Shown here: piece by piece, positions 27,220 through 36,062 of the stretch
Numbering within the stretch: position 1 is the first letter of the stretch
Layout: each line of letters begins with the position of its first letter
NCBI GenBank assembly: GCA_019636195.1
Contig: JAHBYA010000006.1
Span: 61,017 to 125,016 of the forward strand
Source: Planctomycetota bacterium
GTDB lineage: Bacteria > Planctomycetota > UBA8742 > UBA2392
Length of the DNA: 64,000 nucleotides
Direction of reading: 5' to 3'
The notes under the pieces: generated by a model
What the model saw: the letters and a program-made list of their open reading frames with translations, nothing else
Databases searched by the model: none
What the model was told of the DNA's origin: nothing
Made by a program: the position numbers and the translations under genes

Positions 27220-29868
27220 ATGCGCTTTGCTTTGAAGGTGCGCCTTGCGGCGCTTTGTTTGTTGGTTGCTTCGGCCACACTGCTCAACGGCCAGTACATC
27301 ACGCCTGAGGTTGAACCAAACAATGATTTTACCATGCCCCAGGCGCTGACGCTGGTCAACGGCTCGGCCCGGCTGCGCGGCAACATCTTCCCGAATGGCG
27401 ATCTCGACTTCTACTCGTTCAGCGGCAACACCGGCGACCGCGTGTTCGCGGCGACCATGACTTCAGCCAGCGCCAGCGCCAGCACGGACAGCCTGCTGCA
27501 ACTGATTGCCCCGGACGGCACGACAATCATCGAAGCCGACGACAACGACGGCACATTTAGTGGATCTTCCTCGTCAATTGCCGGCGCCACACTGACCAGC
27601 ACCGGCACCCATTACCTCCGGGTTACGCACGCCAGCCCGACCAGCCAGTTGCGCTTCTATGACCTGTATTTGCGTGTGGTACCGGCAGCTACGGTTTTTA
27701 CTGCCGAATCCGAACCCAACAACGATATCGCCAGCGCGACTGTCCTTGGCGCCGACCTCGTCGCCAGCGGCAGCGTCAACCCGGCCGCGGACGTTGACTA
27801 CTTTGCGATTGACCTGAACGCCGGCGACACCGTTTTCCTCAGCCTTGACCTTGACCCCGAACGCGACGGCACCACGTTCAACGGAAGACTTGGATTTGGC
27901 CCCTTAGGCGGATTCTTACTTGTTGCCAACGACGCCTCGGTGACTTCCCCGAATTCCGAGGCACACTTCTACACCGTTGCCACTTCGGGCACTTACTACA
28001 TCTTCGTGGATGAACAGGGTGGCGGCGGCGGCGCTACGTTCACTTACCGTCTTGCGGTCGCCGTGTTTCCAGACGTCACAATCGGCACGCGGATCGTTTA
28101 CAGCAGCACATCGACGCCGGAGGCGATTCCAACCACCGCCGGCGGTCTGGTTCTGAACACGGTCACAGTGCCGGATAACCGCCGGATCGGCCGGTTGGCT
28201 GTGGCCCTGTCCATCTCCCACGCCACCGTCGCGGACCTCGACATTTGGCTGACTTCGCCCAGCGGCACCAACGTTCACCTTGCCACGGACGTGGGCGGCG
28301 CCACGGGCATGTCCTGCGTACTGGATGAGTATGCAGGGAATGTGGTCGGTTCGTTCACCGTCCTCCAGAACGCCTGGCTGCAGCCTGAACTGAACGGTCG
28401 GCTTTCCTGGTTCAATGGGATGTCATCTGCGGGTACTTGGACTCTCAACATCGCCGTGGACACTGCCGGTGCGGGCGGAACGCTGGACTTCTGGGCGCTG
28501 GTCATCGAAGACGAGCCGATCCCGGCGCTGAGCGTTGCGCCCTACACACTGCAAACGGTGTTCAGCAGCGACTTTGAAGCCAACGACGGCGGCTTTACTC
28601 ACAGCGGCACCCAGGACGAATGGGAGCGCGGCACGCCCACGTTTGCGCCGATTATCAGCGCGTTCAGCGGCACCAACTGCTGGTGCACGGATTTGGACAA
28701 CACATACAACGCGAGTTCTGACCAGACGCTGGTTTCGCCGCCCATCGACCTGACAAACTATGTGGCGCCGATCCGCGCACGCTGGGCCATGGCCCATCAG
28801 ATGGAAAGCGCGACCTTTGACACGCTCAGAATCGTCGTGCGCGAAGTGGGCAACCCCTCCTTCGCTGTCACGCTGTACACTTGGCTTGGCGCGACCCAGA
28901 CCATTTCAGCCGGCAATCCGGCGGCCACGATCCAGCAGTCGCTGGGTTGGGGGCAGTTCTATGGCGACATCTCTGCGCTGGCGGGACTGACTGTCGAGTT
29001 TGTCGTGCAATTGACCAGCGACACATCCGTCCAGTACGCCGGCGTGGCGATTGACGACGTCATGATCGAAGGCGCCCTGAACCAGGCGCCCGTCTATACG
29101 CCGCCCGCGGGCAACGTGATCCGCGGCCAGCAGTCCGGCGCCAACGACAGCAACATCGGCACGATCTCAGACGCCGAGACACCCGTGACGTCCATGGGCC
29201 TGATCATCATTTCGGCCGCACCCACAGGCGTCACGTTCGGGACGCCGTATGCTAACGTCTCGGGCGCACTGATGCTGCCCATCACCATGAGCATGGCGGC
29301 AGTGATCGGCACATACCCGATTGACCTTATCATCGTCGATGGCGACGGTGGCCTTGACAGTGGACAGTTCATCCTTGAGGTTGTCGCCGGTACAGCCGGG
29401 ATAGCCAACAACCCGCCCGTGTACACACCGCCCGCGGGCAACGTGATCCGCGGCCAGGAGTCGGGCAGCAACGGCAGCGCCATCGGCACAGTATCGGACG
29501 TTGAGACACCCGCGGCATCGCTGGTGGTCGCGATCACAAGCGCGGCCCCGACAGGCATCACCTTCGGGACACCGACCGTGAACGCCTCAGGCGTAGTCAC
29601 GCTGCCGATCACCATGACCACGGCGGCTGTGATCGGCACATACCCGATCGACCTTACCGTCACCGACGGCGACAGCGCGGTCACGAACGGCCAGTTCACA
29701 CTGGAAGTCGTGGCTGGCAGCGCTGGCGGCGGCGGCGGCAAGAAGAAGGGCGGGGGCGGCGACGACAAAAAATGCAGCGCCGACGCGACCTCGTCATGGC
29801 AATGGCTTGCACTGCCGGGCCTGCTTGCGGTGCTGGCCCTGCGCAGACGCCGAACAGCCCGCGCATGA
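27220..29868 (+). CDS. Large secreted protein with PPC domains, proprotein-convertase P-domain, two tandem 109-aa repeats and C-terminal Cys/TM/Arg sorting tag
   Basis: AGGAG RBS. Signal peptide. PPC motifs VEPNNDFTMPQA..DLDFYSF and SEPNNDIASATV..DVDYFAI. P-domain-like ADLDIWLTSPSGTNVHL. C-terminal GGGGGKKKGGGGDDKKC-SADATSS-WQWLALPGLLAVLAL-RRRRTARA. Confidence 0.75.
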   Translation: MRFALKVRLAALCLLVASATLLNGQYITPEVEPNNDFTMPQALTLVNGSARLRGNIFPNGDLDFYSFSGNTGDRVFAATMTSASASASTDSLLQLIAPDGTTIIEADDNDGTFSGSSSSIAGATLTSTGTHYLRVTHASPTSQLRFYDLYLRVVPAATVFTAESEPNNDIASATVLGADLVASGSVNPAADVDYFAIDLNAGDTVFLSLDLDPERDGTTFNGRLGFGPLGGFLLVANDASVTSPNSEAHFYTVATSGTYYIFVDEQGGGGGATFTYRLAVAVFPDVTIGTRIVYSSTSTPEAIPTTAGGLVLNTVTVPDNRRIGRLAVALSISHATVADLDIWLTSPSGTNVHLATDVGGATGMSCVLDEYAGNVVGSFTVLQNAWLQPELNGRLSWFNGMSSAGTWTLNIAVDTAGAGGTLDFWALVIEDEPIPALSVAPYTLQTVFSSDFEANDGGFTHSGTQDEWERGTPTFAPIISAFSGTNCWCTDLDNTYNASSDQTLVSPPIDLTNYVAPIRARWAMAHQMESATFDTLRIVVREVGNPSFAVTLYTWLGATQTISAGNPAATIQQSLGWGQFYGDISALAGLTVEFVVQLTSDTSVQYAGVAIDDVMIEGALNQAPVYTPPAGNVIRGQQSGANDSNIGTISDAETPVTSMGLIIISAAPTGVTFGTPYANVSGALMLPITMSMAAVIGTYPIDLIIVDGDGGLDSGQFILEVVAGTAGIANNPPVYTPPAGNVIRGQESGSNGSAIGTVSDVETPAASLVVAITSAAPTGITFGTPTVNASGVVTLPITMTTAAVIGTYPIDLTVTDGDSAVTNGQFTLEVVAGSAGGGGGKKKGGGGDDKKCSADATSSWQWLALPGLLAVLALRRRRTARA
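29080..29733 (+). repeat. Intragenic tandem repeat, 2 x 327 bp (2 x 109 aa)
   Basis: Units begin NQAPVYTPPAGNVIRGQQSG... and NPPVYTPPAGNVIRGQESG.... A 30-nt identical core (ccgcccgcgggcaacgtgatccgcggccag) occurs at 29101 and 29428. Confidence 0.8.
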
Positions 29869-29965
29869 GGCAACACCATCACGAACAAACAACCCGGCCC
29901 GCAAGGGCCGGGTTTGCGTTTGATCGCCACTTCTCTGGACCCTGCGTGCCTTGCATAGTGGGGCG

Positions 29966-30799
29966 ATGGCACAGACTACCCTTGCCTCGCCCGTTTCGAT
30001 GACCGGCACCAGCCTGCATGAGGGCCACCCGGTTACGCTAACCCTGAAACCTGCCCCTGCGGACGCGGGCATTACCCTTGTGCGCGTCGATAAAGGCGGC
30101 GCGCGCATTGCCGTGCACCCGCGCAATATACGCGAAGTACAGCGCCGCACCGTGCTGGCCGCCAACGGCGCGGAAGTCCACACCGTTGAGCATGTACTCG
30201 CCGCCCTGTACGGCATGGGCGTCGATAACTGCGAACTTGAGTTAACCGCGCCCGAGCCGCCCGCCGGCGACGGCAGCAGCCGCGCATTCGTCAAGATGAT
30301 CCGCGAAGCCGGCATCACACAGCTTGCCGCCGACCGGCCCGCGTTCACGCCCGCAGCCTCCATCCGCGCGGGCGACGACAAGGCCTGGGTCAGCGTTGAG
30401 CCGGGCGACGGCTTGACCGTCGAGTACACGCTGGATTACGGCGTGCCCTTCATGCCCATCAGCACCGTGCGCTTTGCCGTGACACCCGAAACCTTTGAGC
30501 GTGACATCGGCCCCGCGCGCACCTTCTGCCTTGAGCAAGAGGCCAAAATGCTGCAAGCCATGGGTTTCGGCAAAGGCGCCAACACGCAAAACACGCTGGT
30601 CGTCGGCCCCGGCGGGCCCCTGGACAACACGCTGCGCTTTGCCGATGAATACGCCCGCCACAAGCTGCTGGATGTGATCGGCGATTTGGCTGTCACCGGC
30701 CTGCGCCTGAATGCCACCGTTAAGGCCCACCGCAGCGGCCACAGCCAGAACCAGCAGGTAGCCAAGGCCCTGCGCGAACAGTATGACGGGGCGCGGTAA
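29966..30799 (+). CDS. lpxC: UDP-3-O-acyl-N-acetylglucosamine deacetylase
   Basis: Matches LpxC along its length: VTLTLKPAPA, HTVEHVLAALYGMGVDN, DGSS, EYARHKLLDVIGDL, HRSGH. Confidence 0.9.
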   Translation: MAQTTLASPVSMTGTSLHEGHPVTLTLKPAPADAGITLVRVDKGGARIAVHPRNIREVQRRTVLAANGAEVHTVEHVLAALYGMGVDNCELELTAPEPPAGDGSSRAFVKMIREAGITQLAADRPAFTPAASIRAGDDKAWVSVEPGDGLTVEYTLDYGVPFMPISTVRFAVTPETFERDIGPARTFCLEQEAKMLQAMGFGKGANTQNTLVVGPGGPLDNTLRFADEYARHKLLDVIGDLAVTGLRLNATVKAHRSGHSQNQQVAKALREQYDGAR

Positions 30800-30813
30800 C
30801 CCAGGAACAACCA

Positions 30814-31266
30814 ATGACCGAAGCATCCAGCCAGCCCGGCGCCCTAGACATTCGCGGCATCTTGAACGTCGCCCCGCACCGCTACCCGTTTTTGATGATC
30901 GACCGCGTGCTCATGCAGGACGCCACCAAGGCGGTGGGCATCAAGAACGTCACCTACAACGAGCCCTGCTTCACCGGCCACTTTCCGGAAAAGCCGATCT
31001 TTCCCGGCGTGCTGATGCTTGAGGCGATCGCGCAACTGGGCGGCCTGGCCATTCTCAGTCGGCCTGAAAACAAGGGCAAGCTGGCCTACTTCACGGGCGC
31101 CGATGAAGTCAGCTGGCGGCGGCTGGTAGTGCCCGGCGACCAAATCCGCATTGAGACAGAACTGCTGAAAGAGCGCCGGGGCCTGTGCATCGTGAAGGGC
31201 GTGGCGACCGTTGACGGCGACTTGTGCTGCGAAGCGACGGTGAAGTTCATGATCGCCAGCGAGTAG
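30814..31266 (+). CDS. fabZ: 3-hydroxyacyl-ACP dehydratase
   Basis: FabZ hot-dog motifs ([13 protein letters not shown], FFx[12 protein letters not shown]). Classic lpxC-fabZ adjacency. Confidence 0.9.
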   Translation: MTEASSQPGALDIRGILNVAPHRYPFLMIDRVLMQDATKAVGIKNVTYNEPCFTGHFPEKPIFPGVLMLEAIAQLGGLAILSRPENKGKLAYFTGADEVSWRRLVVPGDQIRIETELLKERRGLCIVKGVATVDGDLCCEATVKFMIASE

Positions 31267-31337
31267 GGGTATGTCAGAAACTTGCAGAATCTTGACGAAC
31301 TCGCTACAACATTGCATCCGCAGGTCGGGGGAACGCA

Positions 31338-32381
31338 GTGGCAACCACTGAACGCGTCAAAATCGCCGTTATCGGCGTTGGCCACCTTGGCAAGAATCAC
31401 GCCCGCGTGCTGAAAGAGCTGCCGACCGCAGAGCTTGTCGCCGTGGTTGACAGCGACCCCAAGAAGGCCGCCGAAATCGCCGAGCGCTTTCACTGCCAGG
31501 CGCTGACCGACTACAAGCAACTCAAGGGCAAGGTGGACGCTGTCAGCGTCGTCGTGCCCACCCGCCACCACTACGAAGTCGCAAGCTGGGCCTTTGAAAA
31601 CGGCTTGCACGCGCTGGTGGAAAAGCCGATGGCATACTCGGTGGATGAGTGCCACAAGCTGATCGAACTGGCCAAGAAGCACAAGCGCATCCTGCAGGTC
31701 GGCCACATCGAGCGCTTTAATCCTGCACTTTCGAGCATTCGCAACGCCATCAATACGGTGGCGTTCATTGAAGCCGACCGGCTCTCGCCCTACCCGTTCC
31801 GCAGCACTGACGTGGGCGTGGTCATGGACGTGATGATCCACGACCTTGACATCATCCTCAGCATCGTCGGCAGCGAGGTCGAAGACATCCAGGCTGTGTG
31901 CACACCCGTGCTGTCCAAGCGCCATGAAGACATCGCCAGCGTGCGCCTTACCTTCAAGAACGGCAGCGTGGCCAACATCACAGCCAGCCGCATCAGCGAC
32001 AAGAGCGTGCGCAAGATGCGCATCTTCTGCGCTGACCGGTACCTGAACCTGGACTTTGCCGGCAAGCAGGCGTGGATTTACAGCAAGACCCCCAAGCTGG
32101 ACCAGGCGGATTTCCACGTTGAGAACGTCGATATCACCGGCATTGATGACTTGATGCAGTTCGTGTTCAACGACCTGATCCGGGTTGAGCAGGTGGTGAT
32201 CGGCGAAGAAGAACCACTAAAGGAAGAGCTGAAGCATTTCATCAACGCGATTCGCACCGGCGCCCGTCCCCAGGTCGGCGGCGAAGAAGGCATGGCGGCC
32301 ATCCAGCTCGCGCACGACATCTTGAAAGCGGCGCGCGACCACTACAACCGGCACGTGCCGGAAGAACATCGCCGCTGGTAG
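31338..32381 (+). CDS. Gfo/Idh/MocA family NAD(P)-dependent oxidoreductase
   Basis: N-terminal Rossmann motif KIAVIGVGHLGKNH. EKP motif. C-terminal alpha/beta domain typical of the family. Confidence 0.8.
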   Translation: MATTERVKIAVIGVGHLGKNHARVLKELPTAELVAVVDSDPKKAAEIAERFHCQALTDYKQLKGKVDAVSVVVPTRHHYEVASWAFENGLHALVEKPMAYSVDECHKLIELAKKHKRILQVGHIERFNPALSSIRNAINTVAFIEADRLSPYPFRSTDVGVVMDVMIHDLDIILSIVGSEVEDIQAVCTPVLSKRHEDIASVRLTFKNGSVANITASRISDKSVRKMRIFCADRYLNLDFAGKQAWIYSKTPKLDQADFHVENVDITGIDDLMQFVFNDLIRVEQVVIGEEEPLKEELKHFINAIRTGARPQVGGEEGMAAIQLAHDILKAARDHYNRHVPEEHRRW

Positions 32382-32621
32382 CGCGACCCGACGCACATTC
32401 TTGCCCAAAATTTCGTGGATTGTTACGGAACCTCACCATTGTGGGGTCGGTCTATGTTCCCAAACGGTGCCATGAAGTGGCACGGTTGGTGTATCCATTC
32501 GTTACCGGCAAGGAATTTGATCGTTACCGATTCGACACCATGCGCGTAACTTATTATTCCAATACATCTTACGGTCGTAACCTACTCGCATTTCAGGCTT
32601 GACTTGACTCGCCCAAAGAAT

Positions 32622-32637
32622 TGGCACACACCCTGCA
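32622..32637 (+). promoter_or_regulatory. Sigma54-type -24/-12 promoter element (TGGCAC-N5-CTGCA) upstream of VWA copy 1
   Basis: TGGCACacaccCTGCA with GG-N10-GC spacing, about 50 bp upstream of ATG 32687 in an AT-richer intergenic island. Confidence 0.45.
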
Positions 32638-32686
32638 AAGCAATTAGCCAGCTAACCGTTTTCAAACCAACCATCGGGACCCAAAC

Positions 32687-33125
32687 ATGCGCAAGCTTAT
32701 CGCCTCACTCGCAGTGTTCGCGCTCTTCGGCTTCGCCGCCGGGTTGAACGCTCAGGCGCCCAACCCCCAGGCTGAGATCAAGAGCCCGGACGCCAACAAG
32801 CCGAACACGCACGACCGTTCGGCTGGCCATGCAGTGATCAAGGTGCCGTCGCCGGCGACTCCTCCGACGACCCCGCCGGAACCTGCTCCGCCCCCGCCCC
32901 CGCAGAACCCCACGCCTCCCAGTGAAGGCGAAGACATTCCGCCCAGCGAAACACCCCCGGACCCGCCGCCGCCGGAAGATCCGCCGACCTACTACGGCGA
33001 GCCGGTGCAGGGCAAGTTCGCCTTCATCTTGGACGCCAGTGGCAGCATGTATGGGAGCCGCGTCGCCAGCATGCGCGCTGAGACCACGGCTGTGATCCAG
33101 GACCTGACCGAGAACGACGAACTCG
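32687..33125 (+). repeat. Near-identical duplicated segment (5' part of VWA copy 1), about 85-90% nt identity to 35157-35595
   Basis: Stretches of 60-80 identical nt (e.g. aacaagccgaacac.cacgaccgttcggctggccatgcagtgatcaaggtgccgtcgccggc). Reflects the tandem gene duplication. Confidence 0.7.
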
Positions 33126-33514
33126 ACGCAGTTGCCTTCGGCGACCAGTTCGGCGCGGCTCAGCACTACAGCGTCTTCATGTGGGGCGCCCTGCTGCCCG
33201 CCACGGACGGCAACAAGTCCAGCGCGATCTCGTGGGTCAACGGCTCTGCGACGAACCCCGGCGGCGGTACCCCGTCGTACGCCTGCCTCAAGCGCAGCTG
33301 CCAGATCTACCCCGCCGACCTCGACAAGATGTTCTTCCTGAGCGACGGCTACCCCAACACCAGCGGCAGCGCCAGCCAGATTCTGGCTGACTTCCCCGGA
33401 TGGTGGAACAAGTTCACCGACTGCACCTTGGTCTGCATCTGCATCGGTGGCGGCGGCGCCAGCTTCATGCAGCAGCTTGCGGCACTCGCCGGCGGCATCT
33501 ACATCGCGGCTTAG
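32687..33514 (+). CDS. Secreted von Willebrand factor type A (VWA) domain protein with Pro-rich linker (copy 1)
   Basis: Signal peptide. PTPP-rich spacer. MIDAS motif DASGSM. FFLSDGYP. A sigma54-like element lies 50 bp upstream. Confidence 0.75.
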   Translation: MRKLIASLAVFALFGFAAGLNAQAPNPQAEIKSPDANKPNTHDRSAGHAVIKVPSPATPPTTPPEPAPPPPPQNPTPPSEGEDIPPSETPPDPPPPEDPPTYYGEPVQGKFAFILDASGSMYGSRVASMRAETTAVIQDLTENDELDAVAFGDQFGAAQHYSVFMWGALLPATDGNKSSAISWVNGSATNPGGGTPSYACLKRSCQIYPADLDKMFFLSDGYPNTSGSASQILADFPGWWNKFTDCTLVCICIGGGGASFMQQLAALAGGIYIAA

Positions 33515-33560
33515 ACAAAACCAAAGCAACCAACAGCGCCTGTTGGGAAGCTTGGAGGAC

Positions 33561-33582
33561 AGGGGGGCCGCAAGGCCCCCCT
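33561..33582 (+). terminator. GC-rich hairpin (possible terminator/attenuator) after VWA copy 1
   Basis: AGGGGGGCC-gcaa-GGCCCCCCT. The downstream U-tract is weak. Confidence 0.4.
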
Positions 33583-33644
33583 GAGGCATTTGTCGCCCGG
33601 TTTCTGTTCCTGTTGCGCCCCCGCTTGCTAACCTGAAACCCGCC

Positions 33645-34871
33645 ATGGACAACGATCGACGCAAGTTTCTGCACTACGCGGCCGCCATCACCGGCGTTTC
33701 AGTGCTTGCCGCATGCGGCGACAAGCCGGCAAACAATGCCGGGCCCGCCAACACGGCCGCGCCTGACGAGCCGGAGCCAACACCCGAGATTGTCGATACC
33801 CCCGGCAAGCGCGGCATGCTGATCGGCCCCGGCAGCGCCAGCGGTGAGACCAAGTGCTGGCTGACGTTCATCGCGCTCGACCACGTTGAAGAGTACGCCA
33901 CCGGCAAGCGCAAGGTTGACCGCCTGCCGATTGCGTTTCCCGGCCACGCCGTCGTGCCCCACCCGACCCAGCCGCATCTGGCAGCCGTGTTCCAGAAGTG
34001 GGGACCGGGCGCCTGCGAAGTTGACCTGGTAGAGCGCAAGGTCACCCGCCCCATCACCACCGTGCCCGAGCGCATGTTCTACGGCCATGGCGCCTGGTCC
34101 AGCGACGGCAAGCTGCTTTACGCCGTTGAAAGCACAGACCCCAAGCTCGGCCCCTATGAAGGCTCGGTCGTTGTGCGCGATGCCGGCAACCTGCGCATCA
34201 TGGCTGAGTTCCCGACCTACGGTATGCAGCCCCATGACTGCCACCTGCTGGACGACGGCCGCACACTCGGCATTACCAACGGCGGCGGCCCCCCCGGCGG
34301 CAACGAGCCGGGGTGTGTCACTTTCGTGGATATCCAGACCCAGGCGCTGCTCGAGAAGGTCACGATCCCGGAGCTGATGGCCGGCCACCTGATGACCAGC
34401 GGGCGCAGCAGCAAGGGCGACCTGGCGGTCGGCTGTACGCCGCATTCGCCACCGGGCACCGGGCCTGAAGGTTTCAAGACTGTGCCGGGCGGGTTGGCCC
34501 TGCGAGCGGCGGGCAGCAAAGACCTGAAGCTGATGCGCCAGCCGGCCACGGTCACGGGCAAGATGCTGGGCGAAACACTCAGCCTTGCAATCCATGAGCG
34601 GCGCGGAATTGCGGGCGCCACCAACCCGGCAGGAAACATCGCGACGTTCTGGAAGGTCGCGACCGGCGAACTGATCAAGAGCTTTGAGCTTCCGGTTGCC
34701 CGCGGCATCGGCCTTACGCTGGACAACACACATTTCCTGGTCAGTTACGGCATGGACGCCAGCCTGGTGATGATTCGGGCCTCTGACCTTGAGCTTGTGC
34801 CCGCCACACGGCTGACCGGCGACAACAAGTCGTATGTAACGGGCTCGCATTTCATCACTTACGACCTTTAG
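33645..34871 (+). CDS. Tat-signal lipoprotein, beta-propeller-like (DUF1513-like) (copy 1)
   Basis: Twin-arginine motif RRKFL. Lipobox LAAC. Propeller-like repeats (YGHGAWSSDGKLLY...). DUF assignment from memory only. Confidence 0.6.
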   Translation: MDNDRRKFLHYAAAITGVSVLAACGDKPANNAGPANTAAPDEPEPTPEIVDTPGKRGMLIGPGSASGETKCWLTFIALDHVEEYATGKRKVDRLPIAFPGHAVVPHPTQPHLAAVFQKWGPGACEVDLVERKVTRPITTVPERMFYGHGAWSSDGKLLYAVESTDPKLGPYEGSVVVRDAGNLRIMAEFPTYGMQPHDCHLLDDGRTLGITNGGGPPGGNEPGCVTFVDIQTQALLEKVTIPELMAGHLMTSGRSSKGDLAVGCTPHSPPGTGPEGFKTVPGGLALRAAGSKDLKLMRQPATVTGKMLGETLSLAIHERRGIAGATNPAGNIATFWKVATGELIKSFELPVARGIGLTLDNTHFLVSYGMDASLVMIRASDLELVPATRLTGDNKSYVTGSHFITYDL

Positions 34872-35080
34872 CCCGAGTGTTACCGGCGGCTCGCCCGCTA
34901 ACCGCGCGTTCTGCGCCGTCCGGGACATTGGGTTCCAAGCTGGCTGAGCGACGTTCCCGGCCGGTATCAAGGATCGTAGCACTCAATGATAACCTCAGTG
35001 TCACCGCCAAGTGCGGTCGCAAGTCACCTGTTTTACAGGCTTTACGAGGCCAGTCGCTAAGCCCCTGTGTGCAGGAAATT

Positions 35081-35096
35081 TGGCACGCAGACTGCT
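35081..35096 (+). promoter_or_regulatory. Sigma54-type -24/-12 promoter element (TGGCAC-N5-CTGCT) upstream of VWA copy 2
   Basis: TGGCACgcagaCTGCT, about 60 bp upstream of ATG 35157. Same element type as at copy 1. Confidence 0.45.
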
Positions 35097-35156
35097 CTGA
35101 TTTCAATGAGGACAAGGCTTAAACCCTTCTAAGACCCTAGGCACAAGGAACTGGAA

Positions 35157-35595
35157 ATGCGCAAAGTTATCGCAGCTTTCGCGATCTTTGGCTTGCTCGG
35201 GTTCGCCGCCGTTGAGCTGAACGCTCAGACGACGCCGCAATCCGAGATCAAGAGCCCCGACGCGAACAAGCCGAACACCCACGACCGTTCGGCTGGCCAT
35301 GCAGTGATCAAGGTGCCGTCGCCGGCTACACCCCCGACGACACCGCCGGAACCGGCGCCTCCGCCGCCTCCGCAGAACCCCACGCCCCCGAGCGAGGGCG
35401 AGGACATTCCGCCCAGCGAAACACCCCCGGATCCCCCACCGCCGGAAGATCCGCCGACCTACTACGGCGAGCCGGTGCAGGGCAAGTTCTGCTTCGTGCT
35501 GGACGCCAGCGGCAGCATGTACGGCAGCCGTATCGCCAGTCTGCGCGCTGAAACAACCAGCGTGATTCAGGACCTGACCGAAAACGACGAGCTTG
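35157..35595 (+). repeat. Duplicated segment partner (5' part of VWA copy 2)
   Basis: See 32687-33125. Confidence 0.7.
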
Positions 35596-35981
35596 ACTGC
35601 TGCGCTTACGGCGGCCAGTTCGCGGCGCCCAACCACACCGTGTTCATGTGGGGTGCACTGCTGCCTGCCACCGACGGCAACCGCAGCAGCGCCATCAGCT
35701 GGGTCAACGGTCCCACCACCAACCCCGGTGGCATGACCCCCAGCTACGCGGCCCTGAAGCTTTCGTGCCAGACCTACCCAGCCGACCTTGACAAGATGTT
35801 CTTCGTCACCGACGGCTACCCGAACATCACCGGCAGCGCCAGCCAGATTCTGGCTGACTTCCCCGCCTGGTGGAGCAAGTTCACGGACTGCACGCTGATC
35901 TGCATCTGCATCGCTGGCGGCGGCGCGAGCTTCATGCAGCAGCTCGCGGCACTGGCCGGCGGTGTGTACATCGCAGCCTAG
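35157..35981 (+). CDS. Secreted VWA domain protein (copy 2, paralogue of 32687-33514)
   Basis: About 83 aa identical to copy 1 (EIKSPDANKP...GEPVQGKF), then about 90% identity. MIDAS motif DASGSM. Sigma54-like element upstream. Confidence 0.75.
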   Translation: MRKVIAAFAIFGLLGFAAVELNAQTTPQSEIKSPDANKPNTHDRSAGHAVIKVPSPATPPTTPPEPAPPPPPQNPTPPSEGEDIPPSETPPDPPPPEDPPTYYGEPVQGKFCFVLDASGSMYGSRIASLRAETTSVIQDLTENDELDCCAYGGQFAAPNHTVFMWGALLPATDGNRSSAISWVNGPTTNPGGMTPSYAALKLSCQTYPADLDKMFFVTDGYPNITGSASQILADFPAWWSKFTDCTLICICIAGGGASFMQQLAALAGGVYIAA

Positions 35982-35999
35982 TTGCACAAGCCACGAATC

Positions 36000-36029
36000 G
36001 GGGGAGCCTGCGGGCTCCCCCTTTTCATT
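36000..36029 (+). terminator. Rho-independent terminator after VWA copy 2
   Basis: GGGGGAGCC-tgc-GGGCTCCCCC followed by TTTTCATT. Confidence 0.65.
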
Positions 36030-36062
36030 GCCCGCTTCAGCCCAGCTTGACACAATAGACCC

